A stretch of 64,000 nucleotides of DNA, taken from Ginglymostoma cirratum. Lineage: Eukaryota. The stretch's first letter is position 1. The number at the start of each line of letters is the position of its first letter. Below, one piece after another: positions 37,008-50,341 of the stretch. A program made the position numbers and the translations under genes. The DNA is taken from contig JAHRHZ010000024.1 of the NCBI GenBank assembly GCA_024137785.1, positions 33,216,644 to 33,280,643 of the forward strand, in the 5' to 3' direction. The notes below the pieces were generated by a model that saw only the letters and a list, made by a program, of their open reading frames with translations, was not told where the DNA came from and ran no database searches.

Positions 37008-37695
37008 CTGAAGAATAATAAACACCTATTTACTTCTATTGAGTCAATGATGGTACACGACGTAGAAAATCAATACATTCCTTTTATTACACTATTAAAT
37101 AAATCAGGAGGACTCGTAATAGTGTTCAGACTTTTTAATGACAAACAGTTGCTTTTACCTAAAACAGTACAGGAATAAGCTAGTACAAAGAAGCCATTCA
37201 GCCCACTGGGCCTATCCCACTATTCACAACTGAACATCCGCTCCAATGCCTTTTTCTTCTCCCACCGGCACATTCCAGAAAACTCTTGGTATGGAGAAAT
37301 CTGACAATCTCTACTTTAAACATACCTTCTGAAATAGGTATTGTCTCACTGACTTTCTCTTTCACCTTTCCTCTTGTCACCATCTTCTCTTTAGAAGGCA
37401 TAACATATCATAAGAATACTACTCAAAGAACACTGTCACATAGGTAAACAGTGAGCCTTGGTGGAAAGTAGTGACAGACTTGTCACAAGATGGCACAGGC
37501 CAGCTCCAGAGGAGGAAGACCATCTTATCTATCTCAGAAACATCAACAGCCTTCTCTCACAGAATTCAATTGTCTATTACCTGATTTCATTTCTTTTGCA
37601 TTTCCTGTTGGTAAAGCTATATTTATTGTACCTGTTGAATGTGTGAAGTAACTTGCTACTGTCGGTCAAAAAGTTTCCCTCACTAGTTTATCCTG

Positions 37696-37852
37696 GTGTG
37701 GAGGTGCCAGTGTTGGACTGTGGTGGACAAAGTCAGAAATCACACAGCACCAGGTTACAGTCCAACAGGTTTATTTGAAAACACAAGCTTTCAGAGCCTC
37801 AGTTCTTCCTCAGGTGCTAGGCCTAACACCTGAAGAAGGACTGAAACTCTGA
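37696..37852 (-). mobile_element. Short PLE-derived element (fourth family) with inverted partial end and perfect 12-bp TSD
   Basis: TSD tagtttatcctg at 37684-37695 and 37853-37864; cagagcctcagttcttcctcaggtg is inverted relative to cacctgaagaaggactgaaactctga. Confidence 0.85.
37782..37816 (-). ncRNA. Minimal hammerhead motif, partly degenerate
   Basis: Reverse complement CAC-CTGAGGA-agaactgaggctct-GAAA-GCTT-GTG: stem I CAC/GTG, palindromic AAGCTT stem III, mismatched stem II. Confidence 0.6.
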
Positions 37853-38329
37853 TAGTTTATCCTGTGTTAACTTGAAGCACTAACCCAGTTGAATCTCTCC
37901 TATACCATTTACTACCGATGTGTCTGTGAGGTCGCATCTGAGTTAATTTGTGTCAAGGCTGAAATACCCATTCTTGTTTGCAATGGCAACAGTGGGAGTT
38001 ATCATGGCTCCTTCTTCCTGGTAATGGTTGGCACTGCAAATTCGGTATTGAGCTTGCCTCTTGCCCAAATAGGATAGTTGCATTTCAAGGTGGCATCATA
38101 CAAGTGACACGGCTGGGACATAAGTCAGGCAGCATGCTGGAAGTTCAGTTCACAAGCTCTCACAGTAGGCAGCCACTAATGTAAATCAGAAATGGCAGCA
38201 GTGCCACCAGTGATCCCTGGACTCTCAACTCAACACCTTACTCCACAACAACATCACCCCAGTATCAAGAATCTGCTGTTTTATATCCCTAAATCACAGA
38301 GAATCTAAGCTTACATTGTTCTAGGATTT

Positions 38330-39750
38330 TCACCTCCATTATTGTTCCAGGAATTTTGTTCTATCCATTGAAGATTCTTGCTGTCAAAAAAATTTCTGAT
38401 ATTTGACTTCTGCCAGTTTAAATCCATATCCCCTCATCAAACTCCTGATATTTAAACTGATGTAATATTCCAGTTTTATTCCATCCGTCAAGGTATTCTT
38501 TCAGACATCTCCTTTTCTGAATTAAAAAATATTACTCCCAAGTTTCTCCCACCGTCTGTCAAAACTCAGACCACTTGTTTAACCCTCAAGTTTTCACTCA
38601 CTCTATCTTAGCTGAAACAGTTCAGCACAACTGGGAATTGTTTCACTGTCACAGAGGACCTTCACTTTCTTGCCTAGACAGCTATATTTTGCATGCAGTT
38701 AGGAACTATTTGTAACACATTGCGTATCGAATCATTCCTGAATGTGAGCCCATCCTTCAATGAATACCCTCATCCTTGCTATTTTCAGCCAGACTAATCT
38801 GATATTGAACTCAGTGGTCACTATTTAAAGTGAAGCATCATCCATTTAAGGCAGAAATGAGCAGAAATGTCTCTCTCAAGAGAGTCAACTGTTTTTCAAA
38901 TGCTGCTTCTACCACCTTTTGAGGAAGAAAATCTTGGAATACTTTTAAGGAAGAAGCAGACAGATTCTTAAGAAGCAAGAGTAAAAGATTATCAAGGATG
39001 GGAGGGTGGGGTGGCAGTGTGGGTTGACAGGAATGTGCAGTAATCAGATAAGCCATGATCTTGATCTTATTGAATAATGAAGCATACTAGAGAGTCCGAG
39101 TGGACTACTCCTGCTCCTAATTTGATTCTTTTATTTAATCACCTCGTAAATTGTCCAAAACAGCAACTCCTAAGATTTTCCTTCCTTCGGTGATAGCTGT
39201 AATATGGAATCACTTCATTGGAAACAGTCCACAAAGCACTGGCGAGCCTAGTCATGTACAGATCATCAAAATGTCTAGAACATGTTCAGAAAATAACTCA
39301 AAAGGTGAATGGAATTTTTTTTTTCTACAGGAGGATGACAACACAAGAGTTTCAATGCTACGCTTCAGCTGTTCAAGTCTGGTTAAACTACACCAGACAG
39401 TAAGCAATTCAAGGCACCACACCTTGTGGAACAGGTACGAGCTCTCTGAAGTTAAACACGTACCAGAATGATACTTGAAATAAGCATTAATTCACAATCT
39501 CAAGGCTGACGAACATGGTCCTTTCTGGGATGAAATTAGTAACCATTTCCTCACACAAAGGATGGTAAAGATATGAAGCTGTCTTGCACAAACAGCAATT
39601 AATGCAAGATCCACAATTAATTTTGATACCAAGATTCATGGTTGCGGCAAAAGACAAGTATTTGGAATTAGGTTACACATCCACCATCACATTACTGAAT
39701 GGCATAATAGACTTGGGAGATTAAATGGCCTCCTCCTGTTTCTATGGAGT
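38330..39750. mobile_element. Cluster of old CR1 LINE fragments (minus ~38330-38770; plus 3' ends ~38830-39125 and ~39250-39750)
   Basis: Tails gagtggactactcctgctcctaatt and aaatggcctcctcctgtttctatg; ttcctcacacaaaggatggt. Confidence 0.65.
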
Positions 39751-42700
39751 AACGAAATGCAAATGAAAAGCTACCATAATTTGGTGTTCCCTATGAACTC
39801 CATGAATTTGAGAATGAAATTCAATCACTGTGGACCACTTAGCTATTCAAATCTCTTCAATATCTTCTTAATTTCAATGATTTTCTAGCAAATGCATAAT
39901 TGCTTCCCCACTGTTTGCAAAGATACAATTTGGTTCATATCACACTGGTTGTTAAAAGTAGTCCAGTTGATGGAACAATTGTGATAATCACTAAAAATGC
40001 ATGGTAATGTTTATTGATCTTATTGCCAAGTGATTCGAACAAGTACAATTGCCTTTATTTTAATCAGTTGCCATATCCTTATACATTATCTGGTAGAAGC
40101 TTTTAACTATTTTGACATCAAAAACATAAAGCAGAATCATCCCCCCCAACCCCTGAAAAGGCAGTGAGGCAAGGAGAAGGAAGGGGATGTTAATCAGCAC
40201 AGTTGGAATTGAAGAAGCACATACCACGTAGCTACCACCACAGAAATTAAGTTCGGGGTAGGGAAGCCCAAGTTTGACTTGACTGCCAATGATGACTACT
40301 TTCTGCCTCATCCCATCTAGGTTAAAATTCCTACAGTTTCAGGCAGGAAGAGAAAGAGTCGCGTACCAGCCTCATGAAGCTGTGTGGGCAGACTGCCAGT
40401 TTCTTTGCGGGGTCCGGGAGGGGAATGAAAGGAGACATGGAGACAGAGTCTGCCATAGTGCTGCCGAGTTCTGGAGATGCCAGTCTCTTATTGGTCAGCA
40501 GATTCAGGTGAGCAGGACTTTCTGCTCCAGGGCTACAAGTCCTGGCAGAAGGCCCATTGCCAACCAACCAGCTGCCTGATTGCTGGAACATACAGCTGGC
40601 TCTTGAGTTACCTTCCTGGAAAATCCTTGGTATTAGTTGAAAAACAAGAAAATCTCAGCCAAAGCCGGTGAACTCCCATTAACTTTTACATTTCAAGATT
40701 TACAAAGAACAAATGTACTTATGAAGCAAATCTAGCTGGAGGGAGAAAAGAAAATTGTGCTTTATTAATGAATGTAAACAATGTACAACTTTTGTTTTGA
40801 TCATACCAGTCTCCCTGCAGACTATCAGAATATTTTGTCAGGATTGCTGGGAAACTGTGCAAATTTAAAAATGATCAGCTAAACAACTGGAGGCATGGTC
40901 AATGCAGAGATTTGAAAATCAATTTCTTACATTTGCATTCAAATACTCATCTCTGAGTCATCTGAGTCAACACAAAGGTCAACTTAATGATAAACTGGCC
41001 TCATGTCAGGTTTCTTTACAGTGCAGGTTGATTACTTCAACTCATGTCTGGTCAGACAGAACCCCTTTTCTATTGCTCATTCCTGCCCCTCTCAGGACTT
41101 TAACAGGCTTGCTTGAAAGAGTGTTCTAACCACATGCTTGGATACTGTGGCGCTTGACATTTAGAGAGCAGGAGAGGACAGATAAAGACCCAAGTTTCTG
41201 CAATGCCAACAAGAGTCTCTACTTTGGTCAAAATGCAGCCGGGGCCAATCTAGAAGTCCTGCCACAGATCTGCCATTTTTGCTGGGTAGGATTAGGAGGC
41301 ACATATATCCATGGTTCAAACAGTCAAATGCACACGCTAAAACACTGCTGCTTTCAGTCAGATCAATTTTGAACAGTGAGATTTCCAAAACAGAACTTCT
41401 GCACTTCAGACTCGAAGTAGCTTCTAAACCGTGCCGTCACCTGCTCAGAGACTAAGAGAAAGGAAAATTAGGAGAACGCTGTTCAGAGCTAGCCAAAGTT
41501 CTAAAGTTTACAGAGTCCTTTAGATCCACTGAATAGGGCCAGAGACATGTTTCACAGATGCTCAGTGTCCTTTGCAAGGGACCAAATATCCTTTGATTTG
41601 TTCAAAATAGAAAAGAATATGTATAAAAAGCTGACAACCGCACTCAAGTTGTCAAGCTCTCAGAAACTATCAGACAAACTATTTGACAAGCCCTCAAGTT
41701 TAAACATTCTACTATTGATACTTTTCAAAGTAAAACTATACGCAGTCTTTAAAAAACAAACAACAATAGTTTCCATTTCACTCTTCATTGATACAACTTT
41801 ACAGCCAACGCTAAAGCACGTGTTGCTTTATGATAGTGAATTATACAGTAAATCATGATCACACATCATATATCAGTTCACAGTTTGAATGAAAGCTATA
41901 TGTCTTTGAAGTGGAACTAATTTTTTTTGTTTTTAAAGGAATTAACTAGTTGAAGGAAGTGATTTCTTTTAAAAATCCACGAGAATGATGTTTTTAAATG
42001 GCAAATTCATCGATAGGAAACTAAGAATTATGCCTTATTTCATCTGTACAAGGATCCTTGCTATTACTGCACATGTATACAGTGTGAGAGTTGGCAAGGA
42101 AAGTGCAAGAGAAACGGCAATTGTCAGGGTATTGTGTTAGCTTGGCATTTAGTTGGCAGAGACATTAATGGGCCATTGTGGTTGGTCAGAGATTATGAGG
42201 GAGCACAGGTGGACAGTACAGTGTTGGTATGGAGGCATCAGAACACATAAGGCATGTGCGGAGGTTGCATGGGTTGTCACGACCGGAGCACGGTGTGTGA
42301 GAGTGCAGTTAGGGCTTCTTTTTTGCTTTACTGCACTTTTCTTTTTAAAAGACAGCTGCAACAAAATTCCAGAGCAGGAAGACAGACTTTTTTCACAGTC
42401 CACCTCTGCAACTGGAGTGGTGACCAATACAAAAATAGTGTGGGCCCAAAGGCTGAAAGTCAATGGAAGAACAAATGCACAACGAGGACATGCGAGCACA
42501 AAAACACTTGAAATTTTTCATCTTCAAGACACTTAAAAGGCCCTCACACCTGAAGATACAAACTTGACAAAAAAGGTATAAGTCTGTTGGGCACTGGAGC
42601 CTGTACACAAGAGGACTGAAAAGTGATTTGTCCCTTCACATGACTCTATTTACAAAGGCAAAGGACTCTTTGACTTCACATGCCTGCCCTAAACGCAAAT

Positions 42701-43099
42701 GGATGGGGCAGCTGATTTCAAAACTGGCAGAAGTTCAGGCAAATAATCTCCAGCAGATTATTCGGCTGGAGTCCTTCCAAAGCGGGTTATAAAGAGGGGA
42801 AAGGTCAAGCCCCATCTCTTCAAAATTTTTATTTCTCACCAAAACTAAAACTCACGCTGAAAACTAAGTAAGAAGTAAGAAATAAATTAAAAAGCTGCAC
42901 CTTTACAAAGACAATGTTTGTTTAAAGAACCAGCATTAACTTAATACTTTTCATCTTAATGCTTGAATGGGCAAAAACATATTGCGGGCAATTCATTCAC
43001 ATCTGGATTTCTAACAACCAGACCTTTCCTACTGATTTAAAATGCATGATTTACTATTTAATTATGAAAAAATATTGTGAACTTGGTGTCTTTTATGAA

Positions 43100-43222
43100 T
43101 TATACAGAATGTAGAACAGTACAGCACAGGAACAGACTGTTCAGCCCATGATGCTGTGCCGAACATGATGCCAAATTAAACTAATCCCTTCTGCCTGCCC
43201 TTTGCCCATATCCCTCCACATT
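43100..43222 (-). mobile_element. CR1 LINE 3' end
   Basis: gaacagtacagcacaggaacagac..ttcagcccatgatgctgtgccgaac..cccatatccctcca. Confidence 0.8.
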
Positions 43223-44209
43223 AACTTCCACATTCTTGAAAAATTTCCTACAGAAATGGAACACAAAAATTCTTTTTCCAACCTTTGACACAGTGCACCT
43301 GAAAAAAAGTATCTAAACAGAAATACATACCAAAGTTAATAGTGTGTTTTCCTCAGCCTTTGATGCACTATCTCAAAGTTTTGGAATGAAGTAAATGCAT
43401 TTTCAACACACCTCTTAAAAACATTTTCACTTACTTTTCGAGCTAATTCTGTGATTTACTGCAACGGTCATCTTACTAGTTTTGAATGAGCAAAGTGTCT
43501 GAATCAGACAGACATAGCTCCAACATGTAAACATCTGTCAATGTTTCAAGGATTAGTCATCTGTAGTTATAATGCTACCTGGATATTTGAATCTATTCTA
43601 CCATATTGCTATTGCTGCTCTCGAACCATCTTCACAATGGAACTGCTTGCAGGAAGTAGGAAAAAGCACAGCATCTAACAGCTATTCTTTACAGGGTGTG
43701 ACTTCAACTTCAAAGTTTTGCTTGCAACAAACAGCTCCATTGCAAAACAACAGTTGTGTACTCTGCTGCATAGTGCTTTTTGTATGTTGCTATTACCATG
43801 TTCCAATCAAAATCTCTAGAGCATTTCTGCAATTCTTTCCAGGGTGTTCAATGACTACCAATGGATAGGATTGGCCAAGAGCTTATTGATAAAACAGAAA
43901 ATTATGATACTTCAGTTAGAGAAAGAAAAGTACAGCTATGTTGAAAATCATCAGGAACTGACACTCTAAGATTATGGCACTCATCTTAATACTTGGAGTT
44001 CAGCACAACGATTGACGTTTTAAGATGATCAAAGACATTTATCATTCCATCAAGATCACAAGAAACATATCATCGCTACTTTAACACAACCTTAGTTTCC
44101 GCAACATTGGAGATCTAATCACCAGCTAAACAAAGCATACAGTCACTATCTTAGGTGAGATGCACTAACTGCAACTGTACTGCAGACCACTTAACTGCAC
44201 TTGCAAACT

Positions 44210-45040
44210 ATCACAGAATAATTATGTTGCAAGAGGCTGCTCAGACCATTGCTCCTGCACCAACTCTTCAAACAAGTATTATTATCAAGTGTCAATCTCC
44301 TGCTTTTTCCCCACAACCTTGCATGCTATTTTTATCCAAATAATCATTTAATGCCCTCTTAAATACTGATTTGAACCTGTCAATGTTTTCCATACCCTAA
44401 CTACTTACAGACTACTCATATCATCCTTGCTTTTTTTGCACATCATTTTAAATCTACACCCTTTCGTTCTTTTTCCTTTCCCAAGCAGGAACAGTTTCCC
44501 CTATCTACTCTATCCAATCTGCTCATGATTTGAAAAACCTAATCAGACCTCATTTCACTTTCCTGCTCTTCAAGGAGAGTCCCATCTTCTTCAATCTATT
44601 CTCACAACTGAAGTTTCTCATTCCTGGAACCATTCTTGTAAATTGTTTCTGCATTTATGTTTCCCATAATGTACACAATATTCCAACTGAAGTTCAACAA
44701 GTGTCTTATACAACTTCAACATCACCTCCTTGCTCTTGTACTCTATGCCATAAATAATAAAGCTGAGAACATTTCTGAAGAAGGGTCCTGACCGAAAACA
44801 TCAGCTTTCCTGCTCTTCTGATGCTGTCTGGCCTGCTGTGCTCCTCCAGCTCCACATTGTGTTATCTCTGACTCCAGCATCAGCAGTTCTTATACTATTG
44901 CTGAGAACGCTGTTTACTTTATTTATTGTTCTCTCTACCTGTCCTCTGATCTGTGCACATCTGCACCCATTGCTCCTACACCCCTTTTCGAGTTGGACCC
45001 CCCTCCCCTCCCCAGCCATTTTATACTGTATGTGTCGGAT
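44210..45040 (-). mobile_element. CR1 LINE 3' fragment interrupted by a PLE-derived insert
   Basis: acagtttcccctatctactctatcca..tcatgatttgaaaaacctaatcagac..cctggaaccattcttgtaaat..tgctcttgtactctatgcc. Confidence 0.8.
44771..44899 (+). mobile_element. Single-arm PLE terminal insertion (26791 family) with 9-bp TSD
   Basis: Starts at a degenerate hammerhead ctgaagaagggtcctgaccgaaaacatc; TSD gctgagaac at 44762-44770 and 44900-44908. Confidence 0.85.
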
Positions 45041-46023
45041 CTAGTTCCAGCTCCTTGCAAATATGTCACATTAGGAGCCCAAATGACAATTTTAAATGGA
45101 TGTTAGTGTCATTCTTAGCACATACAAGATTATTTAGCAAATGCTGTTCATTTGCAGAAGCACGTATAACACTAGGTGCGATGTTTGCAGTTTTGCAAGT
45201 TGGCTGTGTATGGTCAATTCCTTGCTTGTTGAGAACAGCCAAAGTGATATATTGTTTGATGTGATACACAAACACATGGCCTAAATGCTAGCATCATGCT
45301 AGTACTGAAATTCATGCACTACATTAATCATTTCTGTACTTAACAGGACAGTTAACAGTTTTTGTTAGTTTAATTTCTGAGGGCAATGCCTTCACCAAAA
45401 AAAACCTGGTAGTTAACTGTCAGTCATTATCTAACTGGCGCATTGACTACCACAACACACCTATTACTGGCAAGCCTATACACAAACCAATTAGTTCTCT
45501 TTGAAAGACTAAAAATGTTGTTGACCCTTTGTACTGATATTTGCTGAAAATTTCTTTGATGAGAAGAGGCATTTTTTCCAACAAACTATGTATTTTTAAG
45601 CAATATACAACAATTAGAGTAGAACTTTATTGGCAGCCATCAAAGAAGAGGATAATTAATACAGAAATACATCTTTGATATAAAAAGAAAGTGCCCTCAG
45701 ATATATTTACAAAAAGAAATGAAGATGTAGTATTGGTAGCTGAGGCAGAGCATCTATTGTTGACCACAGGCAGTTACTACAACTTATTTTTACTGCAAAA
45801 TAGATAGTATCCCGGTAGGCTACATCATTACATCTGTCAAAATTTTCTGCCCAAAAATGTGAAATAGCATTACAAAGAAGTTATAAAAAGAATGAAATCA
45901 CAACAAGATGTAACTCAGATTAGTCAATGCTGAAATGGAACTCAATTTTCTGAGGTGTATTACTGCAGAAATGCAAATCCTCAGCTCATGAGTTTATTAC
46001 AATTGAATGGAGAAATATTCTTT

Positions 46024-46337
46024 CATCATAGAATCCCTACAGCATGGAAACAAGTCCTTTGGCGCAACAAGTCCACACTGACCCTTGGAGCATCCCACCC
46101 AGCCCATCCCCTTATAACCCACCAAAGCTACACATCCCTGAACACAAGTAATTTAGCATGGCCAATCCACCTAACCTGCACATCTCTGGACCGTGGGAGG
46201 AAACCAAAGCACCCGGAGGGGACCCACACAGACATGGGGAGAATGTGCAAACTCTGCACAGGCAGTCACCCGAGGGTGAAATCGAACCCAGGTCCCTGGT
46301 GCTGTGAGGCAGCAGTGCTAACCACTGAGCCACCATG
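46024..46337 (-). mobile_element. HE1-type V-SINE, near full length
   Basis: Reverse complement of 28198-28492; both translate VAQWLALLPHSTRDLGSI. Confidence 0.92.
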
Positions 46338-48344
46338 CAGCCCTTCTTTGACTTTGTATTGCTCACTGCCAATGTTTTGGGACACACATTGTTGAAAAAT
46401 TTTCAAGAAAATTAATGTTCTAGCTGTTATAGTTAGGGAAGGAAAAGTTGTTTTGATAGTGGTAAATGACGGATGATCAAATTTTAACTTACATCATTTG
46501 ATCACTATACCACAGACCTTTCATGGACTAAAACTGGTTCCAAAAAGGAAGGGATTTAAAACAGCAACAGTTGTTTGCCAACCAGCTTCATGAAGCCCAT
46601 GAGGAATAAACAAAACTATCCACATTGAGTGCAACCTTGGCTTCATTCTGCCTGCTGGCATGCAGCCATACCAAGGTTCCACACACTGTGATCTGCATTG
46701 GCACACCAATCCTGTATTGACAGCTAGCTCCAGAAGTCAGTAGCTTCACACAGGAACCTCAGAGACCCGCACAGCAGACAGAAAATTAGACAGAACATTG
46801 ATTAAGAGTATCATTTTATCGAGAGACATCAACACCAAGCAAGTGAGTCAGCTTCCAGAAATTCGCAACTGCAAACTTCCATGATAATTTCACATTCTGA
46901 GAGATAAAAGACTCCCCTTCCAGTTAGTCAGCTTGGAAAGGTAATTAATCCAGATTCAGGAATACACATAGTGAATTCTACTTCAACAGCAGTCTTTGAG
47001 CAACAGAGATGGGAAGAAGAAAAATTAATTTGTCCTAACATGAGCTGGAACGCTTTCTCTTCCTGCCTGTTTCTCCCAATTTCATGGAATACAACACCCA
47101 GTTGAAAGTAAAGTTTTAAAATAGCTATTCAACAAAACTCTAAAGTTATATAGATTGTACTACTGCTAAGGAAACAAGTCAACAATTGAACAACTGTGGT
47201 CTCAGGTTAAGAATCTAACATTTTACGTATTCCAAGGGCTGTATAACTTTTTTGGTTTTAATTTTCCTGTCTGTACTAAATACATATCCTTTTAAACTTA
47301 TTACCCTGTGCTCATGTGTTTGCTTGATGTCATGATTTATTTTGTTCCTCAGGGTTAGTAGGTAACAAAAGTTGTCTTTCATTCCAAAAAAAGTCAGTAA
47401 TTTGTTCCTTCATTTGTGAGAGAACTGCGTTTTAACTGAGGTTTGATGACTGCATGTAAAGAAGAAGCAACCGGGAGGTTGTTTAAAAAATGGTAGCTGA
47501 TTTTTTGTCTTCACCAATTTGCACCATGGTTCTGAGAGCTGAGAAACACCCCAAAACACTCTACAAGGGCATTAATAAAATTTGATGCTGAATTCCATAA
47601 GTAGATATTAGATCAGACAAACGGAGGTTGGTTTGAGGAGTATCTTAAAGAGTGGAGAGAGGGTTGGCTAAATGTGGATCTTGAGGGAAAATTGATCATT
47701 CAAACCTTAGAGTGATGATGCCTTTTTGGGACCAATGCATTTCCACTGATACACGTGCAATTGCAGAATAATGATTATGAACTATCTAAGTTGGGAAAAT
47801 CCAATATTACCCATTTGTATTGCACATAAATATGCCACTGTAATGAATTTTATCTCATCTGAATAATTTGGCTTATTGATGGTAGAGATCGTATGTTGGA
47901 ATAAATAAATATACATAGGCTTTAGTTTAATCAACAATAAAATTGATTCAGCATTGTGTTCTCCCATTAATTTTCAACCTGTATTGCTGCTATTAGATTT
48001 CTTCTCATTAATCTCCTCAGTTAATGGATCAGAATTTCCATTGAGCAACATTAAAACAATTAATTCATTTCTATGAATTATTCCCAGCAAATACTTACCT
48101 CAGTGCTTTACAAAAAAAAACTGTCCCAAGGTAAACTAGAAATAACTTATGCACTGCCCATAGAAGTCTATTATGTTCTACCAGAGTGATCTAGAAGATT
48201 TATCCATGCACAATTTCATGGAAAGCTGAGTGAAAGATTACTATAATGAGCATCCATGTGCAAAACCTGAGCGGTACTTCTCTGATTTAAAAACAAAGCA
48301 TTCCAATGTGGTGCTATGCATTTAATACCAATTATGAAGCTCGT

Positions 48345-48455
48345 CACAGAAACTACCATCGAGTTCACTAATGCCCTTTAGTGAAGGGAATCTGCCATCT
48401 TACCTGGTCTGACCTAACATGCATGCAGACTAGACTCTTAACTACCCACTGAAAA
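48345..48455 (+). mobile_element. Internal fragment of 3585-type SINE
   Basis: gttcactaatgcccttt..gaagggaatctgccatcttacctggtctgacct. Confidence 0.65.
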
Positions 48456-49956
48456 AGAAATGGCACTTTAGCAACTGAGCCTCAAAGAACCCTGGTCTGT
48501 GTGAGGATCTTCACAAACCTTATAAAAACTCTACAGTGCAATATTCTGTAACATTCCTCCAGTTACATATTCACCACAATTCCCTTCCTTGATAAAAAGT
48601 ACACCGTGCCACCCTTGCAGGCCGATTGTTTATGTGCTGATAATATTTCATGAAAGCCTTCTGATAGATAATGTGAATGAGACTTATTCAGCATACAAAT
48701 ATCGATTAAAACAGCAAATATAATGCATCAGACTTGCAAACAGCAAACATGTACCACTTCTGATAAAACAATTTATCGATATTTGTTACCAATGCAGGGC
48801 AACTCCACTTCAAATGACCATGTTGCGCCGAGGGATAGAGCTTTGCTTTCAGAACTTCAAACAAAATTGCAAGAAACTATCGCTTTTTCCACAAAAAGAG
48901 CTGTGTTATTAAAATGATAAGTGATTTGGTAGTTTAAAATGCCCGCTGGGCAGCTTGCTATACAATATTCATCATATCTATTGGATCTGCTTAACACTGG
49001 AGCTCCTACTGGTTTTGAAATATAACAAAAAAATCATACATTTTCTTTCCATTTTCCAATCTCTTGCTTTCAATATTGAAGCAGACACAAATGTTTGCTT
49101 CCAACAGATGTAAAGCTAATTTACTTCATTATGCTATGTTTTTGCACTAAAATAAATATTTCATACATTTATCATCGAAGGATATCCAGTTTTAAAAATC
49201 GATCATTTGGTACCCATTCAATGTGCCACATGTGGCTTTATGAGCTGCAAAAAAAAGTGATTCAATCTGTAATCGTTGAAAGTGTAAGGTAATTCTCCTG
49301 CACAACATAAAACAGGAAAACAAAACAGTAAATTCCCTCACCTTCCCAAAAACAAAACTGGAATTCTCACAATGGTGAGCTCGGACTGCTTATGATACAC
49401 ATTTAATTCTTGATTCTGATTAAAAAGAAACATTTTTAAATACAGCAAGGCCATTCACGTTCACACTATACATTACTGTCCATTTGATGCTGATGACATT
49501 CATCGTTCTTTCCAAAACGTGCAATCTGATTTTCTAGTGGGTATTGTGAACCTTGAGTTCAGGAAACAATATTCCAAAACAGGTACTGTGCTGATCAATA
49601 TCTTGTTTACAGTGGAGGGAAAATAAAAAGCAGCTGGACTAATTTAATTGATATTTTGGTTTTGCAGAAAATCAGACAGCTGAAGTGAAAATCAAGAGAA
49701 GAGTTTCAGTTTTTAAAAGTAGACTCAAAAAGGTAATTGCTAAATTATTTACGATTATTTTCTCGCATTCAGTCAGCTGGTCTTCACCCTTCAGTAGCTA
49801 AACTGAGATGGAGGAATGTAGTAACTGAGGAACAAAACTGTAAACTTCTATTTCCGATCTGGTGCATCACTCAGTGCACAGTACTGCCTGCCAACCCAGC
49901 ATTACTGGTCATTGCTAGTAACCGGAACAAGCAATCATAAACAGCATTATGTACAG

Positions 49957-50070
49957 TTTCTTTCTTTTAAATCAACCTCTTCAGATGTAGCACCTTTACC
50001 GCAAGTGGTACTTGTACCCATACCTTCTGGCCCAGAAGTAGGGCCACTACCACAGTGCCACAAGACCCAC
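49957..50070 (-). mobile_element. Short tRNA-derived SINE, copy 3
   Basis: aatcaacctcttcagatg..gtacttgtaccc..ccactaccacagtgccacaagaccc; degenerate TSD agcattatgtacag / agcatcaagtgtacag. Confidence 0.7.
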
Positions 50071-50341
50071 AAGCATCAAGTGTACAGCCAGTAAGTTACA
50101 GAAATTAGCCCCAGTTAATTCCAATTATTTATAATTTGTCAGGAGCATTTAAAATTCATTACAGAAAGAGTCAGTCCTTCACAAATAGCAAACGTGGCAG
50201 ACAGCATAGGTGTAATTCATGATGCATGCAAAGTGCACACTTTTACTCCAGGAATTAAGTATCACCTGTTTTTTGCTTCTGACCCATAGACAAGCAAAGA
50301 TTGGATTCACAGTCAGCAAAAAAGGGTATATAGAAAATATT

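Noticed and set aside
42149-42608. Overlapping 70-127 aa ORFs
   Set aside because: No recognisable domain or splice context; probably an old unclassified repeat.
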